64,000 nt of DNA from Candidatus Obscuribacteraceae bacterium (lineage in GTDB: Bacteria > Cyanobacteriota > Vampirovibrionia > Obscuribacterales > Obscuribacteraceae): the NCBI GenBank assembly GCA_044229845.1, contig JBGASG010000003.1, forward strand, positions 64,001-128,000, read 5' to 3'. This document shows, one piece after another, positions 30,441-40,527 of this stretch. A program made the translations under genes and the position numbers. Under the pieces are notes generated by a model that was not told the origin of the DNA, did not search any database, and saw only the letters and a program-made list of their open reading frames with translations. Numbering within the stretch: the stretch's first letter is position 1; each line of letters opens with the position of its first letter.

Positions 30441-31643
30441 ATGCCACGATCGCTGGCGAACACGTTCGCAGCACTACTTTTTGCAGTTGTAATGACTATG
30501 GCTCCCCTGGGAAAATGGAGCCAGCATCCCGCACTGGCGCAGCAGCCTGTGCTGGCGCAACAATCTCAACAACAGCAAACAATGTGGCAGGCGCCCGGGC
30601 AAGGCGGCGCACAAACTCAATCACCAGGACCGACCATATGGCAGGCGCCCGGTCCTGGCTCGTCCCAAACGCAGCCAGCAGCACCACAGCAAACTCAGAC
30701 GCAAACGGAAGACAGCGGCATCTCCACCCTCTATGCGTCGCGACCGTACGTCAGCGCCAGCACCAGACAGGACCAATACTTCTATGACTGGCTGCCATTG
30801 CAGCCAGGACAGGAGAAGCTGGAGAAACTGACCTTGACCGTCATCAACGGAGTACAGGGTCGTCCGAAGTTCAAGTGGCTACGATTGCAGATCGGCGGCT
30901 ACATGATGGCCACCGAAAAGGATTTTCCGAAGGGCAGCAATCGAGCAACCATTGACGTATCAGGCAAGCTGCAGCCCGGCACCAATCAAATCATCTGCGA
31001 AGCGGGCGGTGTTGTCGGCGCCAGCATGCAGTGGTTCCTGACCACGTCCAATCCGTACATCACCAACGTGCATCCGATCAATGCCGCGCAAGGACAAGTC
31101 ATTTCCATCTACGGCGGCAATCTCGATATGGCAAATGTCGATGAAATCGTCTATTTCAATGGGGTTGCGGGCAACACGGTTTTCTCCTCTGATCCGGTAA
31201 TCCGCGCCAAAGTACCGGACAATGCAGAGCCTGGTCCCAACGAACTAATCGTGTCAGTTGCCGGCATCAAGACACAGCCCCTAATGGTAAACGTCTATCC
31301 GAAGCCCGTTCCCGAGCTTCTTTCCGTGCTGCCGTGGGTTGTAGTGCCTGGCGGCCAATCCTATATAACCGGAAGAAACTTCGCGCCCAACCCCCAAAAC
31401 AATCAGGTCTACATCGGCGGAATCTCTGCACAAATCGTTAACGGGGATGAGAACAATTTGACTGTAATAGTGCCTCTGGACTTCAACGCCAATTTGGCAC
31501 CACTGATGGTGAAGTACAACATTCCCGTCTATGTGGTCAGCAATGGTATTCGTTCAGCCAACACTCTAAACATGGACATTGGTGCATACGAACAGGGTCC
31601 GGGCACACAGTACCCCACCATGCCCGGCGATGCCGACCCATAG
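30441..31643 (+). CDS. Exported IPT/TIG domain protein
   Basis: Signal peptide, Gln/Pro linker with WQAPG x2, two IPT/TIG repeats (I.G.N motifs). Confidence 0.82.
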   Translation: MPRSLANTFAALLFAVVMTMAPLGKWSQHPALAQQPVLAQQSQQQQTMWQAPGQGGAQTQSPGPTIWQAPGPGSSQTQPAAPQQTQTQTEDSGISTLYASRPYVSASTRQDQYFYDWLPLQPGQEKLEKLTLTVINGVQGRPKFKWLRLQIGGYMMATEKDFPKGSNRATIDVSGKLQPGTNQIICEAGGVVGASMQWFLTTSNPYITNVHPINAAQGQVISIYGGNLDMANVDEIVYFNGVAGNTVFSSDPVIRAKVPDNAEPGPNELIVSVAGIKTQPLMVNVYPKPVPELLSVLPWVVVPGGQSYITGRNFAPNPQNNQVYIGGISAQIVNGDENNLTVIVPLDFNANLAPLMVKYNIPVYVVSNGIRSANTLNMDIGAYEQGPGTQYPTMPGDADP

Positions 31644-31658
31644 TTGCAACCGCCAGCC

Positions 31659-32330
31659 ATGCACACGCGCTGCCCAAATCCAAACTGCTTGATGACATTC
31701 GAAGCCCTGGAAGACTTCGAAATGGACAGCGGCAGTTGCCCGCATTGCGGGCAACCAATGACTGCTCGCCTGCTATCCGTAATCGATCAGACCGAACGGC
31801 AGTACCGAAAACATCTCGCCGCCGGGACGGCGTGCGCTGAAAACTTCCAAGACACAGGCGATCAGCAATCGGCCTTGCTCGAGGACGTCCGCAGCTTGTG
31901 GAACGTCGGCTCAATCTTCCGCAGTTCAGACGGCGCCGGACTAACCACGCTCTACCTGACAGGCATCACGGGTTGCCCGCCGCGCAAAGAGATCGCCAAA
32001 ACCAGTCTGGGAGCAGAGGAAAACGTTCGTTGGCAGTATCACTGGAACTCACTGTCCGTTCTCAAGACTCTAAAGCAACATGGAGTTCTGCTCCTCGGTC
32101 TTGAGCGCACAGAAGGAAGTCAGCCGCTCAATCAGTTCCGTCTGCAACCAGGACAACGCGTCTGCCTGATTGTCGGCAATGAGGTCAGCGGGTTGTCACA
32201 AGAAGCTCTCTCCGTTTGCGATGTCGTTTGCGACCTGCCCATGCATGGAGTAAAAGAATCGTTGAACGTCGCCGTAGCCTTCGGAATTGCTGCCTATTTC
32301 CTGAATTGGGAACGCGCACACCCCACCTGA
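31659..32330 (+). CDS. TrmH/SpoU family RNA methyltransferase with N-terminal zinc ribbon
   Basis: DVRSLWNVGSIFRSSD, GNEVSG, LPMHGVKESLNVAVA; CPNPNC...CPHC. Confidence 0.9.
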   Translation: MHTRCPNPNCLMTFEALEDFEMDSGSCPHCGQPMTARLLSVIDQTERQYRKHLAAGTACAENFQDTGDQQSALLEDVRSLWNVGSIFRSSDGAGLTTLYLTGITGCPPRKEIAKTSLGAEENVRWQYHWNSLSVLKTLKQHGVLLLGLERTEGSQPLNQFRLQPGQRVCLIVGNEVSGLSQEALSVCDVVCDLPMHGVKESLNVAVAFGIAAYFLNWERAHPT

Positions 32331-32335
32331 CAATC

Positions 32336-32355
32336 CTGGAGTGATATCACTCCAG
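32336..32355. repeat. Perfect 20-bp palindrome
   Basis: CTGGAGTGATATCACTCCAG between convergent stops. Confidence 0.92.
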
Positions 32356-32380
32356 TACTTAAGTAGTGGGGGCGTCGCCG

Positions 32381-32803
32381 CTAGGCGATGGCTTGCGTCC
32401 ACCGAACAACTGCGTTTTTCAGTTTCTGAGCCGAAAAAGGTTTCTCAAGAAAGTCGCTGACTCCAGACGACCGCAACCGCATGGTTTCTTCCGCATTGAG
32501 ATCGTCCACTAGGGCGATGATCGGTGTGCTGCGCCCAAGACGAGAATCGTTCATGCGAATGGATTTAATGCAGGCCAGGCTCTCAAGATCGGTTCTGACA
32601 ATATCGAGAAACAGGAAGGCGTAGGCACTGGTCCCCAGGCAATCGATAGCCTCACGGCAATCGCTGACCTGATTGACGCGAAAGTTGAGACTCTTGGCAA
32701 TGCGACTGAAGCGAACCGACCGGTCCGAGCGACCCGAGCATTCTTCCGAGCTGTCTTCAACAAGCAGAATCAGCATCTCGTCTGAAATTCTTCCGAATGA
32801 CAT
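32381..32803 (-). CDS. Atypical single-domain response regulator
   Basis: LVED, FLD, PIIAL, DFLEKPF; GGAGCAGG upstream of ATG 32803. Confidence 0.8.
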   Translation of the reverse strand: MSFGRISDEMLILLVEDSSEECSGRSDRSVRFSRIAKSLNFRVNQVSDCREAIDCLGTSAYAFLFLDIVRTDLESLACIKSIRMNDSRLGRSTPIIALVDDLNAEETMRLRSSGVSDFLEKPFSAQKLKNAVVRWTQAIA

Positions 32804-32980
32804 ATTCACCTGCTCTGCCCCGTGTGGACTGTGGTCTCTATCTGTACTTATGCCCGATTTGACACAGACTTGTGGGTCAGGATACCCGTGCCATAATATG
32901 CGGCGATCGCCATAGCTCACCCATGATTGTGGCCAGCATTTGAAAATGGCTGGGACAGTCGTCGCCCGTTTAAAGGTGTT

Positions 32981-33631
32981 ATGCAGAAACCGAATTTGAT
33001 GCGTTTACTGATTATGGCAACGGCAGCGAATTGGGTAACCTGTGCTGGTCCGTGTTTCTCCCAGCAGGCAATTGCCGATGCGAGTTCTTCGGCTGTCAGC
33101 AGCACAACCAGTAGCCCCTACAAGAATGCTGTTCAAGAACTGCGAGAACTGGGACTGGTCGTACACCACATCCACCAAACCAGCAACGACCTGGCTACCG
33201 AAGCCAGCCAACCAATCGACATGGTCGGCGAAATCGATTTTATCGGCGGGCAGGTGATTCCAATTATGCCGGCGACATCCGAAGGATTCGGACCAACGCA
33301 ATACTTGGCGCCCCGCAGAAAATACCTGGACCTATACATGTCGCATCTTTCCAATCTCTTGCCTTTGCTGAATGATGAGATCAACACCTTGATTGTTCCA
33401 GACTATGCGCAAGCGACGGTATCACCAATGGTGGCAAAGATGAAGACCTGGGCGGCCGATATTCAACAGGACTACACCGCGCTGCAAGCATCAACGGCTG
33501 GTCCTAAGTTCGTCAACAAGGATATTCGCACACAAGCCGACGCCATCACCGAGTCGATCAAAGGCATCGATAAACTGCGCCACGATATCTATAAGCAAAT
33601 GCGCCGCGACGAAAAGTCGGCAGGCGGCTAG
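32981..33631 (+). CDS. Exported helical hypothetical protein
   Basis: AAGGTG RBS, signal-like N-terminus, helical-bundle pattern. Confidence 0.7.
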   Translation: MQKPNLMRLLIMATAANWVTCAGPCFSQQAIADASSSAVSSTTSSPYKNAVQELRELGLVVHHIHQTSNDLATEASQPIDMVGEIDFIGGQVIPIMPATSEGFGPTQYLAPRRKYLDLYMSHLSNLLPLLNDEINTLIVPDYAQATVSPMVAKMKTWAADIQQDYTALQASTAGPKFVNKDIRTQADAITESIKGIDKLRHDIYKQMRRDEKSAGG

Positions 33632-33632
33632 C

Positions 33633-33718
33633 GCGCCGGCAAAGGCACCGGCTAAAGCACCGGCAAAGCAGCGGCTAAAGCAGCGGCTAAACCACCGGCA
33701 AAAGCAGCGGTTAGAGCG
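33633..33718. repeat. Degenerate 11-12-bp tandem repeat between convergent genes
   Basis: About 7 units of GCA(C/G)CGGC(T)AAA. Confidence 0.75.
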
Positions 33719-33731
33719 TATTGAGCGCCGG

Positions 33732-34520
33732 TCAGCCTTTGCTTTTCGCCAGTTCTTGCGGGTGTTCGCTGTCCGTAGTGGTGGTGCTGTAGCGGATGGC
33801 GATGATGGTCACGTTGTCCGGCGCGCCACCGGCAATGGTGCGACGCAGAAGTTCGTTGCAAACGGCGTGCGGCTCGTCGAGTTCCTTGACGATTTCGCCA
33901 ATCTGCTCATCGCGTACTACGCCGGTCAGTCCGTCGGTGCACATCATCAATGTGTCGCCAGGGCGCAGTTCGCATGGGCTGTGATCGATTTCGACGTTGT
34001 TGTTGTGACCGACACAGCGCGTCAGATAATTCTTGAAGGGACTGTTCTCGAATTGCTCCTGGGTGAGCTTGCCAGCCAACATCAAGTCCATGACCAGTGA
34101 ATGATCCTGGGTGAGCACGATAGTTTTGCCTTCGCGGATAAGGTAAGCGCGGGAGTCACCGACGTGCGCTACGTGAACATCAGCCGAGGAAGTCTGCATG
34201 GCCACGACGATTGTCGTTCCCATGCGATGCATCTCATCGATGGCAGCTGAAAAGACCGATTCGTTGGCATTGGAAACGGCTTCCACCAGCCAGCGGTGAA
34301 TAGTTTCGCGCTCCTCGTCCTGAGGAGGGCTGGTATTCCACATCTTTTCGATGGCTTCTACGGCCAGTCGACTGGCAGTCGCCCCACCGAACTCACCACC
34401 CATTCCGTCGGCGATCACAAACAAACGGCGATCATCGCTGACAAAAAAATTGTCCTGATTTTCCGTGCGTTTGCAGCCAACGTCAGTGACTGCTGCAAAT
34501 TCCCACTTCAGCATGTTCAT
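33732..34520 (-). CDS. PP2C-family Ser/Thr phosphatase (Stp1/PrpC type)
   Basis: R.ENQD, ADGMGG, MGTT, HVGDSRAY, CTDGL, GAPDNVT. Confidence 0.93.
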   Translation of the reverse strand: MNMLKWEFAAVTDVGCKRTENQDNFFVSDDRRLFVIADGMGGEFGGATASRLAVEAIEKMWNTSPPQDEERETIHRWLVEAVSNANESVFSAAIDEMHRMGTTIVVAMQTSSADVHVAHVGDSRAYLIREGKTIVLTQDHSLVMDLMLAGKLTQEQFENSPFKNYLTRCVGHNNNVEIDHSPCELRPGDTLMMCTDGLTGVVRDEQIGEIVKELDEPHAVCNELLRRTIAGGAPDNVTIIAIRYSTTTTDSEHPQELAKSKG

Positions 34521-34817
34521 ATGCCCTTCAATCCCGCCGAGCGGCGGCCCTCATATTTTTATGCCACGAGCGGACAATCCTGCACTCCTGACGTCACAAT
34601 TCCGAGTCATTAGAGCTACTTAATCTTAAGACGGGCTTCTGATTCAGTCCGCAATAAGTTACGAAAACTGGCAACAAGACTAAGAATGAAGCGGACCCGC
34701 CCCTTGATGAGATAACATTCAAGGGTTCGTATAAGGCACGACTAATGCCTGCCCCGGCTGATGCAATCATTGCATGGGGCACGGATTTTCCGATTCGCAA
34801 CAGGGAGAACTGGTTTC

Positions 34818-36395
34818 ATGGCTCACACGTTGGAAGAAGCACTGGTTCTGGGCGAAGTGACCCCGGAATTCGCCAAGATCCTAGTACCGGAAGCCTTGCG
34901 CTTCGTGACCACCCTTCAGCGTGAGTTCAATACCCGGCGCGAAGACTTACTGGAAGCCCGTGACGCTCGCCAGCGCGAACTGGATGCCGGAATGAAACCG
35001 GACTTTCTGCCGCAGACGAAGGAAATTCGCGATGGACAGTGGCAGGTAGCCGCAGCGCCAGCCGATCTCGACGACCGCCGTGTCGAAATCACCGGACCTG
35101 TAGAGCGCAAAATGATGATCAATGCGCTCAATTCAGGCGCTCATGTGTTCATGGCCGACTTTGAAGACGCCCTGTCGCCAACCTGGGACAACGTGCTGCA
35201 GGGACAACTCAATTTGATTGAAGCGGTGCGTCGCAAACTGACGTTCACCAGCCCGGAAGGCAAAACCTATAAACTCAACGAAAAGCTGGCCACCCTGGTG
35301 GTGCGCCCGCGGGGCTGGCACCTGCTGGAGAAAAACGTAGAAGTCGACGGCGAGCCAATCTCCGCCAGCTTGTTCGACTTCGGACTTTACTTCTTCCACA
35401 ATGCCAACCGCCTGGTCGAAAAAGGCAGCGGTCCCTACTTCTATCTGCCCAAACTGGAATCGCACCTGGAAGCCAGGCTGTGGAACGATGTTTTCAATTT
35501 CGCTCAGGATGAATTGAAGATTCCGCGTGGCACCATTCGCGCCACCATTTTGATCGAAACGATCACCGCCGCGTTCGAGATGGAAGAAATTCTCTATGAA
35601 CTGCGGGAACACGCTTCCGGATTGAATGCCGGTCGCTGGGACTATATGTTCTCGATGATCAAAAAGTTCCGCAACAACCCACATTTCGTCCTGCCTGATC
35701 GCGCGCAAGTGACGATGGCAGTGCCCTTTATGAAGGCGTACACCGAATTGCTGGTAAAAACCTGCCATGCACACGGCGCACACGCCATGGGCGGGATGGC
35801 GGCCTTTGTACCGAGCCGCAAAGACAACAAAGTCAACGAAACCGCTTTCGCCAAAGTGCGGGAAGACAAAAAGCGGGAAGCCGGCGACGGCTTTGACGGC
35901 ACCTGGGTAGCTCACCCGGATCTGGTGCCGATCGCCAAAGCCGAGTTTGATCAAGTGCTGGGCGAAAAACCCAATCAAAAAGACCGTCAGATCGCGGCAG
36001 AAGTTACTCAGGAACAACTTCTGAACACCAAGATAGACGGTGCCACCATCACCGAACAGGGACTGCGCAACAACATAAATGTAGCGCTGCAATACTTAGA
36101 ATCGTGGGTAAACGGCACCGGCGCAGCCGCCATCCACAATCTTATGGAAGACGCTGCCACCGCCGAAATTGCCCGGGCACAGATCTGGCAATGGATAAAG
36201 AACAAAGCCAAACTTGCGGACGGACGCGTAATTGATCAAGCCCTCTACAAGCAACTGCGCAGCGAAGAGTTGACCAGTTTGGGCGGCATGCAAACAGGTC
36301 GTCTGCGGGCCGCTGTCGAACTGCTCGATGCTTTGATCCTCACAGAAAAATTCGAGGACTTCCTGACCATTCCGGCATACGAATACCTGCTCTAG
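34818..36395 (+). CDS. aceB: Malate synthase A
   Basis: [56 protein letters not shown]. Confidence 0.96.
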   Translation: MAHTLEEALVLGEVTPEFAKILVPEALRFVTTLQREFNTRREDLLEARDARQRELDAGMKPDFLPQTKEIRDGQWQVAAAPADLDDRRVEITGPVERKMMINALNSGAHVFMADFEDALSPTWDNVLQGQLNLIEAVRRKLTFTSPEGKTYKLNEKLATLVVRPRGWHLLEKNVEVDGEPISASLFDFGLYFFHNANRLVEKGSGPYFYLPKLESHLEARLWNDVFNFAQDELKIPRGTIRATILIETITAAFEMEEILYELREHASGLNAGRWDYMFSMIKKFRNNPHFVLPDRAQVTMAVPFMKAYTELLVKTCHAHGAHAMGGMAAFVPSRKDNKVNETAFAKVREDKKREAGDGFDGTWVAHPDLVPIAKAEFDQVLGEKPNQKDRQIAAEVTQEQLLNTKIDGATITEQGLRNNINVALQYLESWVNGTGAAAIHNLMEDAATAEIARAQIWQWIKNKAKLADGRVIDQALYKQLRSEELTSLGGMQTGRLRAAVELLDALILTEKFEDFLTIPAYEYLL

Positions 36396-36497
36396 TCCCT
36401 GCTATGGTCCTGCCATAGAACCAGTTCAAGAATGCCCGCGCCAACTGCGGTAAACTGGCGGCTCAATTGGTTACTGGCGCCGGTTAAGCGCTCCTAA

Positions 36498-38123
36498 ATG
36501 CAGGCTCTTGGACCCAGCGTCGAAAGACGCCAGTCGAACACAGTTACTACGCTGCTTAACAGCCTCTCGCTGCTCGAGAAGTTGCCCATGGCTGTGGCCG
36601 GCGGCGTCGTGCTTGCGCTTGCCAGCCCGGGGCTGGATTTGTGGTGGTGCGCCTGGCTGGGACTGGCACCGCTTTTGATCTTGATTCGCGCCTGCAAAAC
36701 AGTGGGGGAAGCCGGCGTCCTCGGCTTTGTGTTCGGACTGGCGTATCACCTGGTCTCACTGCGCTGGATTTTAGATCTCAAACCGGCAGAAGCCGCAGCC
36801 GGACCGGTATGGACCCTGGGGGTCGGACAGCTGTGGGGCGTGGTGGCGGTTCATCAATCAGTCCTCTACCTGGCTTTTGCCTGCCTGGTGTTCGCGTTGC
36901 CCTTGCGGGCCGGCAATCTGCCTCATTACCATCGCCCATTTTTTCCATACATCTGGAGCGTGCCCATCATCTGGTTGTTCATGATGTGGGTGCTGGCACC
37001 GGCCGACTTCTTCGGCGGACTGCCGCTCGCCCAGCTGGCGTACACACAAGGCCCGCTGTTGCAACTGCTGCAGGTGGCGCGGTTCGGCGGCAGCCAGCTG
37101 ATCGACCTGATCCTCATACTCAGCAACTGCGCGGTGGCACAACTGATCATCGAGGTCACGCACCTTTCGCCGCCTTATGCCAACCGCATCGATTTTTTCC
37201 CGCCCCGCACCGGTGCCGCTTTCGATTTAGCCTGGATACTCGGACTCGCCACTCTCGCCTGCTTCTGGGGCGCCGGCGAGTTGCAGAACAGTTGGCTTTT
37301 GCCCGACGATCAAGTAGCCGGTTACGCAGCGCCACCAATCACGGTGGCAGTGGTGGAACCTGATTATGCTAAAAGCCGTGAGCCGGAGGTCCTGTTCAAG
37401 CCTGCCCAGAATCTCGGCGTCAACATGATCTTTCTGCCGCAGCTGCCTGCCGTGGGCACTCGCGAGTACCGGCGCCTGCTGCGGCAACTGGCGATTAGTG
37501 AGCACAAGGACGTGGTGGCCGGTCTGCGCGAAACCACGGACAACGGCGGCGTCATGCAAACGATTCGCGTCTTCAGCGCGGCCGGCAAAAGCGATGCCAA
37601 CAACTTCACATCTAAGTGCAAGCTGATGCCGTTCTTCGATTTCCCACCCTGGTACGCGCTGTTGGTTTCCGGCGCCGTCCAGAAGGCGCTGGCACCAGAC
37701 CCGGACGAGAGCGCCCGAGCCGAACAACCCAACATTCTGCAGACGACACCGGCGAAAATCGGCGCCCTCTTCTTCAATGAAATCCTCTATCCGGAATTCG
37801 TCGCCCGCCAGGCGGAACGGGGCACGGCACTTTTGGTGCACGTCACCGACCTGACCGCCTTTAAGAGCGACACTCTGGCAAAACAGCTGCTGGCCGCCGG
37901 ACAATTGCGAGCCATCGAAACCGGGCGCTACATTGTCATGTCCGAAGGCGGCGCTACATCGGGCGTCATTGATCCCATGGGTGTGCGCCGCTGCACCGCC
38001 ATCTTTGCACCGGGCAAAGCGGGCTGCCTTGTCGACAGGGTACAATTCACTCCTAAAAAGACTCGCTTCACCAGCTGGTGGTGGATCTGGACACCGTTTT
38101 ACAGGATGCTTTCGAAACGATGA
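36498..38123 (+). CDS. lnt: Apolipoprotein N-acyltransferase-like protein (catalytic triad degenerate)
   Basis: Lnt-type TM region, LAYTQ, K..LMPF, RAIETGRY, G.SGVIDP.G; FLPQ and FFNE at the WPE and ICYE positions. Confidence 0.7.
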   Translation: MQALGPSVERRQSNTVTTLLNSLSLLEKLPMAVAGGVVLALASPGLDLWWCAWLGLAPLLILIRACKTVGEAGVLGFVFGLAYHLVSLRWILDLKPAEAAAGPVWTLGVGQLWGVVAVHQSVLYLAFACLVFALPLRAGNLPHYHRPFFPYIWSVPIIWLFMMWVLAPADFFGGLPLAQLAYTQGPLLQLLQVARFGGSQLIDLILILSNCAVAQLIIEVTHLSPPYANRIDFFPPRTGAAFDLAWILGLATLACFWGAGELQNSWLLPDDQVAGYAAPPITVAVVEPDYAKSREPEVLFKPAQNLGVNMIFLPQLPAVGTREYRRLLRQLAISEHKDVVAGLRETTDNGGVMQTIRVFSAAGKSDANNFTSKCKLMPFFDFPPWYALLVSGAVQKALAPDPDESARAEQPNILQTTPAKIGALFFNEILYPEFVARQAERGTALLVHVTDLTAFKSDTLAKQLLAAGQLRAIETGRYIVMSEGGATSGVIDPMGVRRCTAIFAPGKAGCLVDRVQFTPKKTRFTSWWWIWTPFYRMLSKR

Positions 38124-38713
38124 GACTTTCAACTTGCCTCTCCTGGCTGACATCATCCGCGGTGCTGCTGGCGATGACATCGTATGCAGTGGCAGGCACC
38201 AATTCGGCGGAGGCGACCAGTAAAATGCCCCTGGCCAAACTCGGCAAAAACACCGTCAAACTCGAAGTCGCATCTACCCAGGCAGAGGTGCAGCGTGGTC
38301 TGATGTTTCGCACCAGTATGCCGGAAGATGCCGGCATGGTTTTTATATTTCATCCTGAAAATGCGGTGCAGTTCTGGATGTTTCACACACTCATCCCGCT
38401 CGACATGCTGTTTATCAAGGACGGCAAGATTTTGAAAATTTGCCAGAACGTGCCGCCCTGCAAGTCGGAGAATCCGCGCGGTTGCCCGACTTATCCGACC
38501 GAAGGACCGATCGGCGTCACCGAAGTGCTGGAGCTGAACGGCGGCTACGTTACACGACATGGCATCAAAGAGGGCGATCAGATAACCTTTGAGTTTCTGA
38601 ATGCACCGTCCGGTCCGGCTGCTGCTACTCCGTCCACCACCACTGCACCATCTTCGTCAACGCCGCCACCATCTGCGGCAACGAAGGAAAAGCCGGAAAA
38701 ACCAGAAAAGTAA
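38120..38713 (+). CDS. DUF192 domain exported protein
   Basis: EVA.T....RGLMFR..M....GMVF, FWM..T..PLDM.F, VLELNGG; ATGA overlap with lnt stop. Confidence 0.9.
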   Translation: MRLSTCLSWLTSSAVLLAMTSYAVAGTNSAEATSKMPLAKLGKNTVKLEVASTQAEVQRGLMFRTSMPEDAGMVFIFHPENAVQFWMFHTLIPLDMLFIKDGKILKICQNVPPCKSENPRGCPTYPTEGPIGVTEVLELNGGYVTRHGIKEGDQITFEFLNAPSGPAAATPSTTTAPSSSTPPPSAATKEKPEKPEK

Positions 38714-38729
38714 CGGAGTTACTCAAGCA

Positions 38730-39500
38730 GTGACTGAACGAGAACAAACCCAGCTCAATGAACGAGAACAGATTCGCCTCACCTTAGATGGCGGCATTGC
38801 ACGGGTTATCCTTAACCGCCCTCAGGTCCATAATGCGATTTCCAAAACCATGTGGCTGGCACTACCTGCGGTGTTAAACAATGCACAGATGAACGGGGCG
38901 CACGCCGTCGTTATCTCAGGCGAAGGCAAATCGTTCGCATCAGGCGCCGACATTGGTGAACTAAAGTCACTGAGCAACGAGGCGGAAGCCCGCGATTACT
39001 GGCTCTCTATCTGGAAAGCCACCAACTTTCTTGCCGAATTCGCTCTGCCCACCATCGCGGCTATTCGCGGCAGTTGTTTTGGTGGCGGCTGCCTGGTGGC
39101 TGCCGCCTGCGACCTGCGATATTCCACAGCGTCTGCCACATTCGGTATCCCGGTCGCTAAGTTCGGGATCAAATTGGACGACGACAACATCGGACGCATC
39201 GTGCGCCTTGTGGGTCCAGCCCTGTCCAAAGAGATACTCTTCTCGGCTCAACCTTTTTCGGCAGCCAGAGCCAAATCCATCGGCTTCATTAACGACATCG
39301 TCGACGACCAACATCTGGAAGAAACTGTACTCGCTACGGTCAAAACATTCTGCGACAACTCCCCGGCCGCGATCGCGCAGATCAAAGCAGCGGTTGCCCG
39401 CATTCTGTCCTGCCCGCAAAAGACCGGATCGCAGGACCAGAAGGAGATGATTCAGAGTTATTTGAGCGTAGACTGTCGGGAGCGACTCGCTCGCGTATAG
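38730..39500 (+). CDS. Enoyl-CoA hydratase/isomerase family protein
   Basis: LNRP..HNA, FASGADI, PTIAAIRG.CFGGG, ACDLR; GTG with GGAG RBS. Confidence 0.9.
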   Translation: MTEREQTQLNEREQIRLTLDGGIARVILNRPQVHNAISKTMWLALPAVLNNAQMNGAHAVVISGEGKSFASGADIGELKSLSNEAEARDYWLSIWKATNFLAEFALPTIAAIRGSCFGGGCLVAAACDLRYSTASATFGIPVAKFGIKLDDDNIGRIVRLVGPALSKEILFSAQPFSAARAKSIGFINDIVDDQHLEETVLATVKTFCDNSPAAIAQIKAAVARILSCPQKTGSQDQKEMIQSYLSVDCRERLARV

Positions 39501-39703
39501 ACAGGAGTGGCGTTCAGGGAAAAAGCTCGCACCACCATATAGATGGCGAAGATGCCGCCGAAAATCAGCTCTAGATATACGGCCGAGCAAGAGGGTCCAA
39601 CCGACTCCAAGACTGCAGGCATTTGCCCCATGAGCCAGAGGATTGCTCCAAACAACAGTGGCAGAACACCACTCATCACTATTTCCATAACCAAACCCGC
39701 CAA
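39458..39703 (-). CDS. Small two-TM membrane protein
   Basis: Two hydrophobic segments; 3' overlap with convergent gene, start uncertain. Confidence 0.4.
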   Translation of the reverse strand: MAGLVMEIVMSGVLPLLFGAILWLMGQMPAVLESVGPSCSAVYLELIFGGIFAIYMVVRAFSLNATPVYTRASRSRQSTLK

Positions 39704-39912
39704 AACAGAATCAACATTCGAGCGAAAAAGAGAAATTCGCGCTTTGCTACTGATTACTTAGTATGGATAGCCCGCCAGAGGCTATTTTCTGTTGCCAAGT
39801 TGAACTAGACCGATTCTAGTGATTATTGCCAACAGATGTCATTAAATCTGTCTCCGAAACACACTCAATCCATCGTAAAACCCGGGGTCTGCGCGCCAGA
39901 TTAGCCCCGAAC

Positions 39913-40000
39913 CCGAAGTGATATCACTCCAGGGCCGGCCCGAATGCCAAAGTGATATCACTCCAATACCAACCAGAATACTGAAGCGATATCACTTCAG
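39913..40000. repeat. 20-bp palindrome cluster (3 copies, 34-bp period)
   Basis: Cores at 39918, 39952, 39986. Confidence 0.92.
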
Positions 40001-40054
40001 CACAAATGGGCGACCCAGGGTGGGCGGAATCGCCTACTGGCTGAGAAACAGACT

Positions 40055-40279
40055 TTAGACTTGGACGACGCGCTTGATGGACGGCAGAGCTTCTTTCAAT
40101 GCACGCTCCACACCCATTTTCAGGGTCATTGTCGAGCTGGGGCACATGCCGCAGGCGCCGACGAGGTGAACGAAGACTTCGTCATCTTTGACATCGACCA
40201 GCTCAATGTTGCCGCCGTCGGCCATGAGCATGGGACGCAGTCTATCCAGAACCTCTTCTACCTTATCCTTCACTTCCAT
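40055..40279 (-). CDS. NifU C-terminal domain (Nfu-type) Fe-S carrier protein
   Basis: RP.L.ADGG.IEL, GACGMCPSS..TLK.GVE. Confidence 0.92.
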   Translation of the reverse strand: MEVKDKVEEVLDRLRPMLMADGGNIELVDVKDDEVFVHLVGACGMCPSSTMTLKMGVERALKEALPSIKRVVQV

Positions 40280-40527
40280 TTGCTCGATTCCTCGATTTTC
40301 TCGGACGCAACTTATCCAATTATACGGATGACATCCCCCACCCGGGCTGATGAACACTATATCTTTAGACCCCAAGTCCTCCCTGTCGATTTGCCGAGCA
40401 GGTCAAATATTGTTAGAAAAGGTCTTAAGGACTAATAAAGGAAACCTGCCCTTCCCGCTTGGGAGGCTATTCTTTTGAAATTCCAGGTGAATTCCCAGCA
40501 GTTTCAAGGACCGGAGAAGGAGTATCT

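Noticed and set aside
35133..36092. Long antisense ORFs (also 37227-38180, 54079-55086, 61694-62722)
   Set aside because: Shadow ORFs opposite well-supported genes, expected from codon bias
39913..40000. Palindrome clusters as mini-CRISPR arrays
   Set aside because: Repeats are only 20 bp with spacers of about 21 nt or less, at most 4 copies, dispersed, with no cas genes
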